From Nitrososphaerota archaeon (GTDB lineage: Archaea > Thermoproteota > Nitrososphaeria_A > Caldarchaeales > Caldarchaeaceae): DNA of 24,000 nt. The notes under the pieces are model-generated. The model was not told the DNA's origin, ran no database searches, and worked only from the letters and a program-made list of their open reading frames with translations. Position 1 is the first letter of the stretch; the number at the start of each line of letters is the position of its first letter. The position numbers and the translations under genes were made by a program. The stretch lies in contig JAWAEB010000014.1 in NCBI GenBank assembly GCA_038891515.1, forward strand, positions 1 through 24,000. Reading direction: 5' to 3'. Shown one piece after another: positions 7,512 to 15,431 of the stretch.

Positions 7512-8387
7512 GTGACCGATAGTTCAGTTGCGGCTAAGAGCTGTCAGCTTGCGTTGCTGTTGGAGCTATCTATTACACCCAAGCCTGGACTAGTGGATAG
7601 GATTAGCCGGACCTCGGAGTTCAGCCACTTCCTGGCCTCTGCAGTTGCCCTCCACGATTTTTTCCACAGTGCTGCTCTTGGTTCGGTGAGGCTGGGCCGA
7701 CTGATTGAGAATGCGTGTAGGGAGATGCTGGCTTGGCAGAGGGGTGGCAACACTCATCTTGGCGCCATACTCCTCCTCATACCTTTGGCGGCGGCCTTCC
7801 CAAGGGCTGGCGGCGTTGGAAAAATGCGGCGCGCCTTAGAGGATGTGCTGCACGGTATGGACTATAGGGACACGGTTGCACTGTTCAGGGCTGTGAGTAG
7901 GGTTGGGCCTGGCGGCTTAGGCAGGGTGGCTTTCTTGGACGTGGGTCAGAGCCGTACATTTGAGAGGATATCACGGCTTAGGATTGGTGTGTTGGACGCT
8001 CTCAAGCCATACAAGGACTTCGATGTAGTGGCACATGAATATACCACATCATATGAGGCCTCATACAGGTATGGCTACAAATATCTAAAAAGAGAGGTGG
8101 ACTCCGGCAAGGACGCCAACGAGGCAGGTGTCAACACCTTCCTCAACATACTCGCCAATATGCCGGACACGCATGTGGCTAGGAGACAGGGCAAACCAGC
8201 TGCCAGAGCTCTCTCCAACATGGCGAGAAAAGTGCTGGCGGCCGGGGGCTACTCAACCAGTAGGGGTAGGTCAGCCCTCAATGAGATGAGGTCAAAGGTT
8301 TTGAGGGCCGGATATAGGCCTGCGGCCACCGCTGATGTGCTGGCTGCCGCCTTCTGTATTCTCCTCCTAGATGGGTGGAGGCCCTAG
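7512..8387 (+). CDS. CitG/MdcB-like (triphosphoribosyl-dephospho-CoA synthase family) protein
   Basis: LLLELSITPKPGLVDRIS...FSHFLASAVALHDFF, QRGGNTHLGAILLLIPLAAA and DVVAHEYTTSYEASYRYG match the family. Confidence 0.82.
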   Translation: MTDSSVAAKSCQLALLLELSITPKPGLVDRISRTSEFSHFLASAVALHDFFHSAALGSVRLGRLIENACREMLAWQRGGNTHLGAILLLIPLAAAFPRAGGVGKMRRALEDVLHGMDYRDTVALFRAVSRVGPGGLGRVAFLDVGQSRTFERISRLRIGVLDALKPYKDFDVVAHEYTTSYEASYRYGYKYLKREVDSGKDANEAGVNTFLNILANMPDTHVARRQGKPAARALSNMARKVLAAGGYSTSRGRSALNEMRSKVLRAGYRPAATADVLAAAFCILLLDGWRP

Positions 8388-9226
8388 GACTTGTAGAGCC
8401 TTCGGAGCTTCTCAAGGTCCATCCGGTAGTCTCCCCTGTTATCCTCGGGTGTTTCGATCACCATGGGCTTATCCCGAATATACTTATGGTTGATAAAGGC
8501 TTTGAAGCCCTCGTCACGTATCTTGCCCAGCCCTATATGCTCATGCCTATCAAGCCCCCCGCCTAGAGGACCTTTGGAGTCATTGAGGTGGACTGCTATC
8601 AAGTACTTGAGCCCCACCAAGTTATCAAACATTTCAAGGGTCTTCTCAACGGCCTCCTCAGACCTGATGTCGTATCCGGCGCCAAAGAGGTGGCATGTGT
8701 CCAGACACACACCCACCCTCCCACCATACTCCAGCTTACTCAGAACTTTGGCCAAATCCTCAAACCTGCTGCCGCATGAGTTTCTCTGGCCAGCCATGTT
8801 CTCCAGGAGAAGCTGCACATCATTCTCCACTTTGGAGAGGGCTGTCTCACATGCCTGAACCACTCTTGATATACCCACATCTATGCCAGCGCCTAGGTGG
8901 CTGCCCACATGCGTTACGAGAAGTTGGATACCCAGCAGGCCACATCTCTCCAGCTCTGCAGCGAGTGATTGGGTTGACCTGCTGTGCACAAGTTTCTTGG
9001 GGGAGGCTATGTTGGGAAGATAGGGCATATGGGCCATCACCGTCTTAATCTCGGAGTGTCTCAGCTTCTCCCGGAATGACTGGACATCCCCATCCCTTAG
9101 ACGTGTATATCTCCAACCCCTCGGATTGCGGGTGAATATCTGGAAGGCTGTGCAGCCTAGCGCCAAAGCCCTTTCGACGGCTAGGTCTATTGAGCCTGAT
9201 ATGGATACATGGGCGCCTAGGAGCAA
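8384..9226 (-). CDS. nfo: Deoxyribonuclease IV (endonuclease IV, AP endonuclease)
   Basis: LLLGAHVSISGSIDLAVERALALGCTAFQIFTRNPRGW, LLLENMAGQ, GVCLDTCHLFGAGYD, HLNDSKGPLGGGLDRHEHIGLG and MVIETPED. I place the start at TTG 9226 rather than 9421: the family N-terminus begins here and a TATA-like TATTTAAG lies 26-34 nt upstream. Confidence 0.92.
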   Translation of the reverse strand: MLLGAHVSISGSIDLAVERALALGCTAFQIFTRNPRGWRYTRLRDGDVQSFREKLRHSEIKTVMAHMPYLPNIASPKKLVHSRSTQSLAAELERCGLLGIQLLVTHVGSHLGAGIDVGISRVVQACETALSKVENDVQLLLENMAGQRNSCGSRFEDLAKVLSKLEYGGRVGVCLDTCHLFGAGYDIRSEEAVEKTLEMFDNLVGLKYLIAVHLNDSKGPLGGGLDRHEHIGLGKIRDEGFKAFINHKYIRDKPMVIETPEDNRGDYRMDLEKLRRLYKS

Positions 9227-9251
9227 GTCTGGATGGTGTGGAGGCTGCAGG

Positions 9252-9261
9252 CTTAAATACC
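9252..9261 (-). promoter_or_regulatory. TATA-box-like element for nfo
   Basis: Minus strand GGTATTTAAG, about 26-35 nt upstream of the TTG proposed as nfo start. The spacing fits a near-leaderless archaeal transcript. Confidence 0.45.
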
Positions 9262-9274
9262 TATACCCGCCAAC

Positions 9275-9634
9275 ATGGCTAGGTTGAAGCCACACCGTCT
9301 GTGCCCCCTCTGCGGCGAGCCAGTAGGATGGCTGGAGAGGCAGACAGCACAATATGCATGCCTCCATACATGTGTGAGGCTGGCGCCCTATCCCAGACAT
9401 CTTCTCAGCAAGCATCAGCAATATCTCAGGGAGGCCAAGAGAGTGGCTGTCCCCATCTTCTACTCGGCCGTGGTTCTAGCACTCGTCCTATCATATCAGC
9501 TCTCGCTGGGAAGGGTGGTTGAGCCCGCCACTATAGCCTCGGCAGCGGGTTTAGCCTCCGCCCTATTCCTTGGCACGGTTATGAGGACTCGGCTGATTCG
9601 TCGCCACCGTCTCCTCGGCCAGACCCACGCTTAG
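9275..9634 (+). CDS. Small zinc-binding-motif membrane protein of unknown function
   Basis: 119 aa, ATG start, LCPLCGEPVGW..YACLHTC Cys motif, then two TM-like stretches (VAVPIFYSAVVLALVLSYQL; ATIASAAGLASALFLGTV). Its 3' end overlaps the 3' end of the opposite signal peptidase gene. Confidence 0.5.
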   Translation: MARLKPHRLCPLCGEPVGWLERQTAQYACLHTCVRLAPYPRHLLSKHQQYLREAKRVAVPIFYSAVVLALVLSYQLSLGRVVEPATIASAAGLASALFLGTVMRTRLIRRHRLLGQTHA

Positions 9635-10172
9635 ACCTGAGCCCCTTAGCCATATCCCTAGCAATCATCGAGACATTCACGATAATCAGCAAAACTATCA
9701 GCAGAGGGCCTAGGGGACTCAGGTACTCACCCCGCAGGAAAAGCGATAGGTATCCGAGACCTGTCCAAGATGGTATCTTGAGACCTGTCCACCTGCCCAG
9801 TATGTGGTCGGGTGGGACTGGTGACCAATAGTCGGGCTGACCGTTGGCGTCGCCCTTGGTGATGTAGCCCCCAGCCACTTCTGCGATGGCCCTGTGGACT
9901 ATGATAGAGTTGGAGCTGCCCTTCTCACCTGGTCTGTAGAAGACTATTACGTCGCCGTCAGCCTGGCTGGCCCTAATGTCGTTGGGAGATACTGGCGAGA
10001 CTATGATGATGTCTCCCACCTCTATCACTGGCCTCATGCTGCCGCTTTTCACCACTAGTAGTGGGTAGGTAACGCCTAAGACGGTGTGGAAGAGGGAGAG
10101 GATGAGGAGAATACCCACGACCGTCAGGACGATACCATAGGCTATGCTCCGAGTCCTCAACCCGTACGCCAC
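9579..10172 (-). CDS. Signal peptidase I, archaeal/ER (Sec11) type
   Basis: VVKSGSMRPVIEVGDIIIV (catalytic Ser), NSIIVHRAIAEVAGGYITKGDANGQPD (His box and GDAN), N- and C-terminal TM segments. GTG at 10172 gives VAYGLRTRSIAYGIVLTVVG immediately after the upstream gene's stop. Confidence 0.87.
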   Translation of the reverse strand: MAYGLRTRSIAYGIVLTVVGILLILSLFHTVLGVTYPLLVVKSGSMRPVIEVGDIIIVSPVSPNDIRASQADGDVIVFYRPGEKGSSNSIIVHRAIAEVAGGYITKGDANGQPDYWSPVPPDHILGRWTGLKIPSWTGLGYLSLFLRGEYLSPLGPLLIVLLIIVNVSMIARDMAKGLRSKRGSGRGDGGDESAESS

Positions 10173-10173
10173 T

Positions 10174-12906
10174 TCAGATGCGTGGCATCCTCGGCCTCTT
10201 AAGGTTTGGCCCCCCTTCCCTGCCACTCGGCAGAGGCCTTCTTGATGGAGCCGGTCGCTGCCTCTGAGGCCTAACCCTCGGCCTCCCCCACCTCAGGAGA
10301 CCGAAGACTGAGGAGGCTGAGACCGCAGCCGTAGCTCCCAGCACTATTCCTTGGTTCTGTAGGTTGTCAATAACGTGTAGCAGGGTTAGAGACTTGTTCT
10401 CCCTAGCCTTGAAGTTTGAAGAATATGTGTACTCTCCTATCTTGGTGACCCAGCCATAGTCGCCCTCAGCTACATAGATGAGCGCCTCACCACCCTCATC
10501 AGTGTCAGATGATACTATCGCAGAGTTGTCTCTTGAGAGTGTGACCTCGGCACCTGCAACTGGTGAGCCGTCGGGCGTAACCACCTTCAAATCAATTCTG
10601 TAAACTTTAGCCTGGACATTGAGGGCTCCACTCTGGGCTACTGAAGCTATCTGGGAAGCCACAGCTGTGCCTTGGAACAACACGTCAACTGAAAAGTCAC
10701 CCTTGGGAAGCTTCAGCTCAGCCCTACCTCCAGAGTCTGTCACGGCCTGACCCACCAGCTTGCTGGATGTGGATGCCTTGACTTGGGCGCCAGCCAGCGG
10801 TGTGTTGTCAGCTTTCACTACAACGACAGTGAGGTAGTACACGTTGGATAGCAGCCTCACCCTGTCCTCATCTATGCTTAGGGTTACGGGCCTGTCATAG
10901 ACCACGAACCCCAGATAGTTGACAACAGCCCTGTAGGAGCCGGAAGGTACATTCTCAAACCTAACCTTCCCATCCACCACCTCCCCAGAGAACCTAGCCC
11001 TACCCAGAACTATCGTGACGCTACCGGACTCGAGGAAGTTGGACTCGCTGTCTACCACCTCAACATCCACATCAATCACGGATTTGGAGTTGAGCTTGAA
11101 CGTCTTGCTGGCATCAACCCTCACCTCCTCCCTATGGACTGGGATACCGAGATACTCCACAGAGACCGTGTACTGCCCCACTGGGAGATTCTTCACCATA
11201 GCCATGCCATCCTCACCCGACTCAGCCGTCTCGGCTATACTCCCACCCTCGACGATGATGGAGGCGTTGGCCAAGTGGTCACGGCCGTCTGCGTCCAAAA
11301 CCTCGAGGACGATGTTATATACTTTGGTGATCACATTCTCTTCCTTGCTCGAGTCTAGGACTATCTCAGTAGGCTCCAGCACCCTCACACCTCTATACTC
11401 CACATAGAGGCGGTAGGATATCGGGATAAGCCCGTCCACCTCCACCACACCATCAGTGTCTGCGTCGTAGACACCCATCCGGATATCATCATAGCTGGAT
11501 AGGTATACCCTGCCTCTGATGGGTTCACTGTCTGCATTGAGGATGTTCAGGGTTAGAGTGTTTAGGGTGGGAGTTATTACTATCCTCTTCCCCTCAGAGT
11601 CGACATCCACCTCACCGGAGCCAATTGTGTATGGGCCGTGGCTGACCTCGTATCTATAGCGTCCGGCAGGTAAGTTGTTGAAGGAGATGCCCGAGTCTCT
11701 CGTAACCCCCTCAAGGGTGAAGACGGTTCCCAGAACCATCCTCAGTCCCACACTCCTCACCAACTGCTCGCTGGGGGTTCTCGGCGCTTCAACCCTCACT
11801 AATATGTCATAGAACCTACCATTCACCCGCGTCTCAGCAGGGGCATTGATAGGTCCGCGGAAGACCTCATAATCCCCAAGCTTTACAATGAGCGTGTACT
11901 CTCGGGGCTTCACCAGCCCGAGGTCGAGGACACCGGTTGTGGTGGTGGCTTCGCTGTATCGTGATGACCCTCTCAGAAGCTCGGCTGAGAGTCTGTATTG
12001 GGAGCCTGATATAACATCATTGCCGTCTGCATCATATACTGTGACGCTGTATCTTGTTAGGTCTGTCCTTGCGTTGTATGTGACGCTTGCACCATTTATC
12101 TCCACCCTAGCTGGTGACGTGAAGACAACCTCTCCCCTGAACTCCACCTCGAGATGGTATTGGCCGTTGGGCAAGAGGTCTAGCCTTGAGACACCGCCGG
12201 AGTCGGTTGTTCCCGAGGCGAATCCAGTGTTGTTGCCGCTCTGCTTTGGCCCATACCAAACCCTTATGGTGGCCGAGGGTACGCCGCTGTTGGATGCGTC
12301 CAATACGTTGACCGTCATCCTATACAACGCCACCCTAACACGGATGGGGGCCCCTCTAAAGTCTGCCGTGGAGTCTCCCACGTCATACCCCCTATAGGAG
12401 ACTTTCACCGTGATACTTGTGAACGGTATCAGGGGTATACTCGCTCTACCATCTGAGCCTGAGGATGTTGCGTTGGAGAGACCCGCACCATATTCGACTC
12501 GCACCGAGGAGCCGGGAACAGAGGCACCACTGTCAGACTCGATGTTGAGGACCAGCGTTGAGACATTAACCATCAGCGTAACCACGTACGGTGATGTGGG
12601 GTCCACAGCCGATACATTCAGATTGTTTTGTTGGAAGACTTGAATGCCTCTGAACTCAACGGTAACGGTGTTGTTTGCTTTGGGGTTTGCTGAGAGTGTG
12701 GCCTCGCCGTTGTTGTCTGTAGTCCCTTGGGCTGCTGTGCCGTTCAGCTTGACGATGGCGCTTGGCACGGGGGAGGAGCCTTCTTTAGTTTTGATGACAA
12801 ATTTTATCGGGTCTGGCGCTGCAGATGCCTGCGGTGTGGTGAGTGTGATTGCTGCGGCTAATAGTAGGGCGGAGGTAATGATAGCTGTCAGGGACTTGTA
12901 CATCAT
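10174..12906 (-). CDS. Secreted/membrane-anchored protein of about ten tandem carboxypeptidase-regulatory/CnaB-like beta-sandwich domains
   Basis: Signal peptide MMYKSLTAIITSALLLAAAITLTTPQASAA. Repeating pattern of about 80-90 aa: hydrophobic strand, G/D-x-x-V-x-G-A-x-V, TDxxGxAxLxxLPxGxYxxxVxYxG, with V-Y at each junction. The C-terminal hydrophobic GIVLGATAAVSASSVFGLL is followed by an Arg/Pro tail. Confidence 0.8.
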   Translation of the reverse strand: MMYKSLTAIITSALLLAAAITLTTPQASAAPDPIKFVIKTKEGSSPVPSAIVKLNGTAAQGTTDNNGEATLSANPKANNTVTVEFRGIQVFQQNNLNVSAVDPTSPYVVTLMVNVSTLVLNIESDSGASVPGSSVRVEYGAGLSNATSSGSDGRASIPLIPFTSITVKVSYRGYDVGDSTADFRGAPIRVRVALYRMTVNVLDASNSGVPSATIRVWYGPKQSGNNTGFASGTTDSGGVSRLDLLPNGQYHLEVEFRGEVVFTSPARVEINGASVTYNARTDLTRYSVTVYDADGNDVISGSQYRLSAELLRGSSRYSEATTTTGVLDLGLVKPREYTLIVKLGDYEVFRGPINAPAETRVNGRFYDILVRVEAPRTPSEQLVRSVGLRMVLGTVFTLEGVTRDSGISFNNLPAGRYRYEVSHGPYTIGSGEVDVDSEGKRIVITPTLNTLTLNILNADSEPIRGRVYLSSYDDIRMGVYDADTDGVVEVDGLIPISYRLYVEYRGVRVLEPTEIVLDSSKEENVITKVYNIVLEVLDADGRDHLANASIIVEGGSIAETAESGEDGMAMVKNLPVGQYTVSVEYLGIPVHREEVRVDASKTFKLNSKSVIDVDVEVVDSESNFLESGSVTIVLGRARFSGEVVDGKVRFENVPSGSYRAVVNYLGFVVYDRPVTLSIDEDRVRLLSNVYYLTVVVVKADNTPLAGAQVKASTSSKLVGQAVTDSGGRAELKLPKGDFSVDVLFQGTAVASQIASVAQSGALNVQAKVYRIDLKVVTPDGSPVAGAEVTLSRDNSAIVSSDTDEGGEALIYVAEGDYGWVTKIGEYTYSSNFKARENKSLTLLHVIDNLQNQGIVLGATAAVSASSVFGLLRWGRPRVRPQRQRPAPSRRPLPSGREGGPNLKRPRMPRI

Positions 12907-12925
12907 CTTGAATGCTGATTAGGGG

Positions 12926-12932
12926 GATATAA
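12926..12932 (-). promoter_or_regulatory. TATA-like element upstream of the 910-aa gene
   Basis: Minus strand GAAACACATTATATCC, about 20-26 nt before ATG 12906. Confidence 0.4.
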
Positions 12933-12992
12933 TGTGTTTCCCCTCTATATTTGTCTAGTCTTACCTAAGTATAGCGCGTGTAGATGCCTGGC

Positions 12993-13526
12993 TCACCTCG
13001 CTGCGGCTGCAATCGTGTCCAAGGTCCATTTGACAGAGTTAACGATCTCCCGAAGCCTCGCCTCATCCCGATAGTTTCTCACAACAATCTCCCGAGCCAC
13101 ATCACCGTCATAGACCACCTCATAGTCCAGCCCCTCGCCAGCCCCCAGCTTACCCTCCTCAATCTTTACCTGGTCAGACTCCTTCATGGAGTCTAGGACC
13201 TTACGTAGGAGGAAGGATGAGAATGGCCGCATGTCTTGGGTCACCTTTATCTCAGGGTTAAAGACTATCCTTGCCTCTTTCTTGTCCACGGTCATGGTGG
13301 CTAATAATGCGCCTGTCCTCCCCCTCAGCCTTCTGGTCGTTGCTGGTTCCTTAACAGCCTGCTCGGGTATCTGGGCCCTCCTGAAGCTGCGGGCTGCCAG
13401 CATGTTATCCACCAGAGCTAGCATTTGCCTAAACTGCTCCATCTCCCAGTCTAGGTCCGCCAACCTCTCCTCTAGAAATGACTTGAGCTCAGCCAGCCTC
13501 TTTACTTCCGGGTCCTCCTCGCCCAT
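12993..13526 (-). CDS. Hypothetical protein with N-terminal coiled-coil-like region
   Basis: 177 aa. Charged heptad-like N-terminus EEDPEVKRLAELKSFLEERLADLDWEMEQFRQMLALVDNML and an alpha/beta-like C-terminal half. Same strand as and 44 nt downstream of the DNA ligase stop. Confidence 0.7.
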   Translation of the reverse strand: MGEEDPEVKRLAELKSFLEERLADLDWEMEQFRQMLALVDNMLAARSFRRAQIPEQAVKEPATTRRLRGRTGALLATMTVDKKEARIVFNPEIKVTQDMRPFSSFLLRKVLDSMKESDQVKIEEGKLGAGEGLDYEVVYDGDVAREIVVRNYRDEARLREIVNSVKWTLDTIAAAAR

Positions 13527-13570
13527 TCCCCAAGCTAATGACGGAACCTGCTAACCTTAAGCTTTTGCAG

Positions 13571-15340
13571 CTACCTCTCCTCAGCTACCTTGGCCTCAAC
13601 CCTCTTCAACTGCCTGTTATACATGGCCACAATCTCCTCCGAAGTCGTGGCGTCCTCCGGGCTCTTATCGCTCCTAAGCCTTCCAGTATATCTTGGGAAC
13701 CGTATGGCCAGCCCGTACGCCTGCCTAACCATGCCTCTTGCACAGGTGTGTGCTGGGCTGAGGGTTATCTCGGCGCCTATTATCTCCAAAACCGTCCTGG
13801 GATCGACCCAAACGTCAGCGTCTATAAGGGAGTCCACCCTAGGGCTTCTATGTTCTATCCTCTGGCTGTTGACTAGGGATGTGAAGAGGTCGAGGTCTTC
13901 ATCCTTAAAGCCAGAGCCTACCTTACATACGGTTTGGAACACGTCTTGTCTGGGGTCATACGCGGCCATGAGTAGAGCACCATACTTGCCGGTTCTTCTA
14001 CCCCTTCCGTGGAAGGCGCCCACAACAACCAAGTCCACAGTGTCTATCATCTCGCTCCTGTAGTCTCGCTTGTACTTTATCCACTGCCAACCCCTAGCGC
14101 CAGCCCTATAGACCGAGTCCTCACCTATGGACTTGGCTATGACCCCCTCGCAGCCCAGCTCAACAGCCTCGCTGAACAGTCTTTCAATCTCGTCTGGGCT
14201 CGATACCAGCATCCCGCTGCTCAGCTTGACGGTCTCAGAGGTTTCAACCACCTTCTCCAGCACTGCGCGCCTCTCCATCAATGGCAGGGCTGTGAGATCA
14301 TCACCATCCAAGTATAGGATGTCAAAAAAGTACAGTGTTATGGGATACTCCTCAACGGCCTTCTCAATCTCCCTTTTCCGCCTCCTATGCATGAGCTCTT
14401 GGAAAGGCAACATCTCGCCCGTGTCGAGGGAGACCGGCACAGCCTCGCATTCCAGTATCGCTTCCCCAGCCTTCACGTTCTTTGATACCCTGGCTACGAC
14501 GTCTGGATACTGACTAGTGATGTTCTCCTGCCGCCGTGAGAAGATTTTAACCGATGAGTCCTGCTTGTGTATCTGCATTCTTTCTCCGTCGTACTTGAAC
14601 TCCACGAATGCCTTGCCGTCAGTCTTCCTGAGAATCTCCTCTGCGGATGAGAGTCTCTCAGCGAGCATGCATCTAACAGGCACGCCCACCCTTATCCGAA
14701 ACTTGGAAATGGCCTCCACACCCTCCATGGCCGCTGTCTTGGCCACCAGCCCTATGTCGGAGCTGATGTTGTATGCCCTCTCGAATAATGTCTTCTCACC
14801 ACCATATAGTTTGGACAGAGCTTCGAGCAGGGTCATATCAGCCACCCCCAGCCTCATTTTTCCCGTCACTATTCTAAGGATGTGCTTGGCCTCTATTGGT
14901 GAGGCTCGGGACAGTAGTCTGGAGAGGATTGCCAGTTTATTCTCCTGGGCACCTACGCCGGTAGAGCTTGCTATCTGCTCCAAGCTTTTATAGACATCTT
15001 CGACAGTGAGATCCGCTGTAGAGAGGGTGGTCTGAACCTTCTGACCCAGCAGAACCTCAGCTACGGAACCCACATCACCTAGGCGCGAATAAAGCTGGTG
15101 GACCGTGGATTCCTTGGCTCCTGAAACCCTCTGAACAGCCTTCAGGGCCAGCTTCTCCGCAACACCCAACTCCACACCCATATATGAGGGGTAGACCTCT
15201 CCCAGGGTCATGTAGGCAACCTTATCCACAATCTCTGCCGGTGTCTTGGAGAAAAGCTCCAGTAGAAGGTCTATCATCTCAAGTCTCTTCGTGACTGGCC
15301 CTAGGCGCTCATAGTATTCTGCTAAGTTTGCGAAACGCAT
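13571..15340 (-). CDS. lig: ATP-dependent DNA ligase
   Basis: Adenylation motif FVEFKYDGERMQIHK, LEYYERL N-terminal context (MRFANLAEYYERLGPVTKRLEM), DGDDLTALPLMERR, GCEGVIAKSI, WQWIKYKRDY. Confidence 0.96.
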   Translation of the reverse strand: MRFANLAEYYERLGPVTKRLEMIDLLLELFSKTPAEIVDKVAYMTLGEVYPSYMGVELGVAEKLALKAVQRVSGAKESTVHQLYSRLGDVGSVAEVLLGQKVQTTLSTADLTVEDVYKSLEQIASSTGVGAQENKLAILSRLLSRASPIEAKHILRIVTGKMRLGVADMTLLEALSKLYGGEKTLFERAYNISSDIGLVAKTAAMEGVEAISKFRIRVGVPVRCMLAERLSSAEEILRKTDGKAFVEFKYDGERMQIHKQDSSVKIFSRRQENITSQYPDVVARVSKNVKAGEAILECEAVPVSLDTGEMLPFQELMHRRRKREIEKAVEEYPITLYFFDILYLDGDDLTALPLMERRAVLEKVVETSETVKLSSGMLVSSPDEIERLFSEAVELGCEGVIAKSIGEDSVYRAGARGWQWIKYKRDYRSEMIDTVDLVVVGAFHGRGRRTGKYGALLMAAYDPRQDVFQTVCKVGSGFKDEDLDLFTSLVNSQRIEHRSPRVDSLIDADVWVDPRTVLEIIGAEITLSPAHTCARGMVRQAYGLAIRFPRYTGRLRSDKSPEDATTSEEIVAMYNRQLKRVEAKVAEER

Positions 15341-15431
15341 TACACCAATGTATCATATAAAGACCTGAATAAAAGTTGTAAAGGGTGCATAAGCTTTCCA
15401 GGGCGATGTTATGAAGGGATAGATTTATTAA

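Noticed and set aside
11015-12922. Ser/Thr-rich + strand ORFs opposite the 910-aa gene
   Set aside because: Their Ser/Thr/Leu composition is the expected antisense image of a repetitive Gly/Asp/Val-rich gene.
13590-14993. Several + strand ORFs across the ligase gene (13590-14063, 14009-14317, 14127-14513, 14517-14993)
   Set aside because: All antisense to a confidently identified ligase and lacking any recognisable motif; typical of shadow ORFs.
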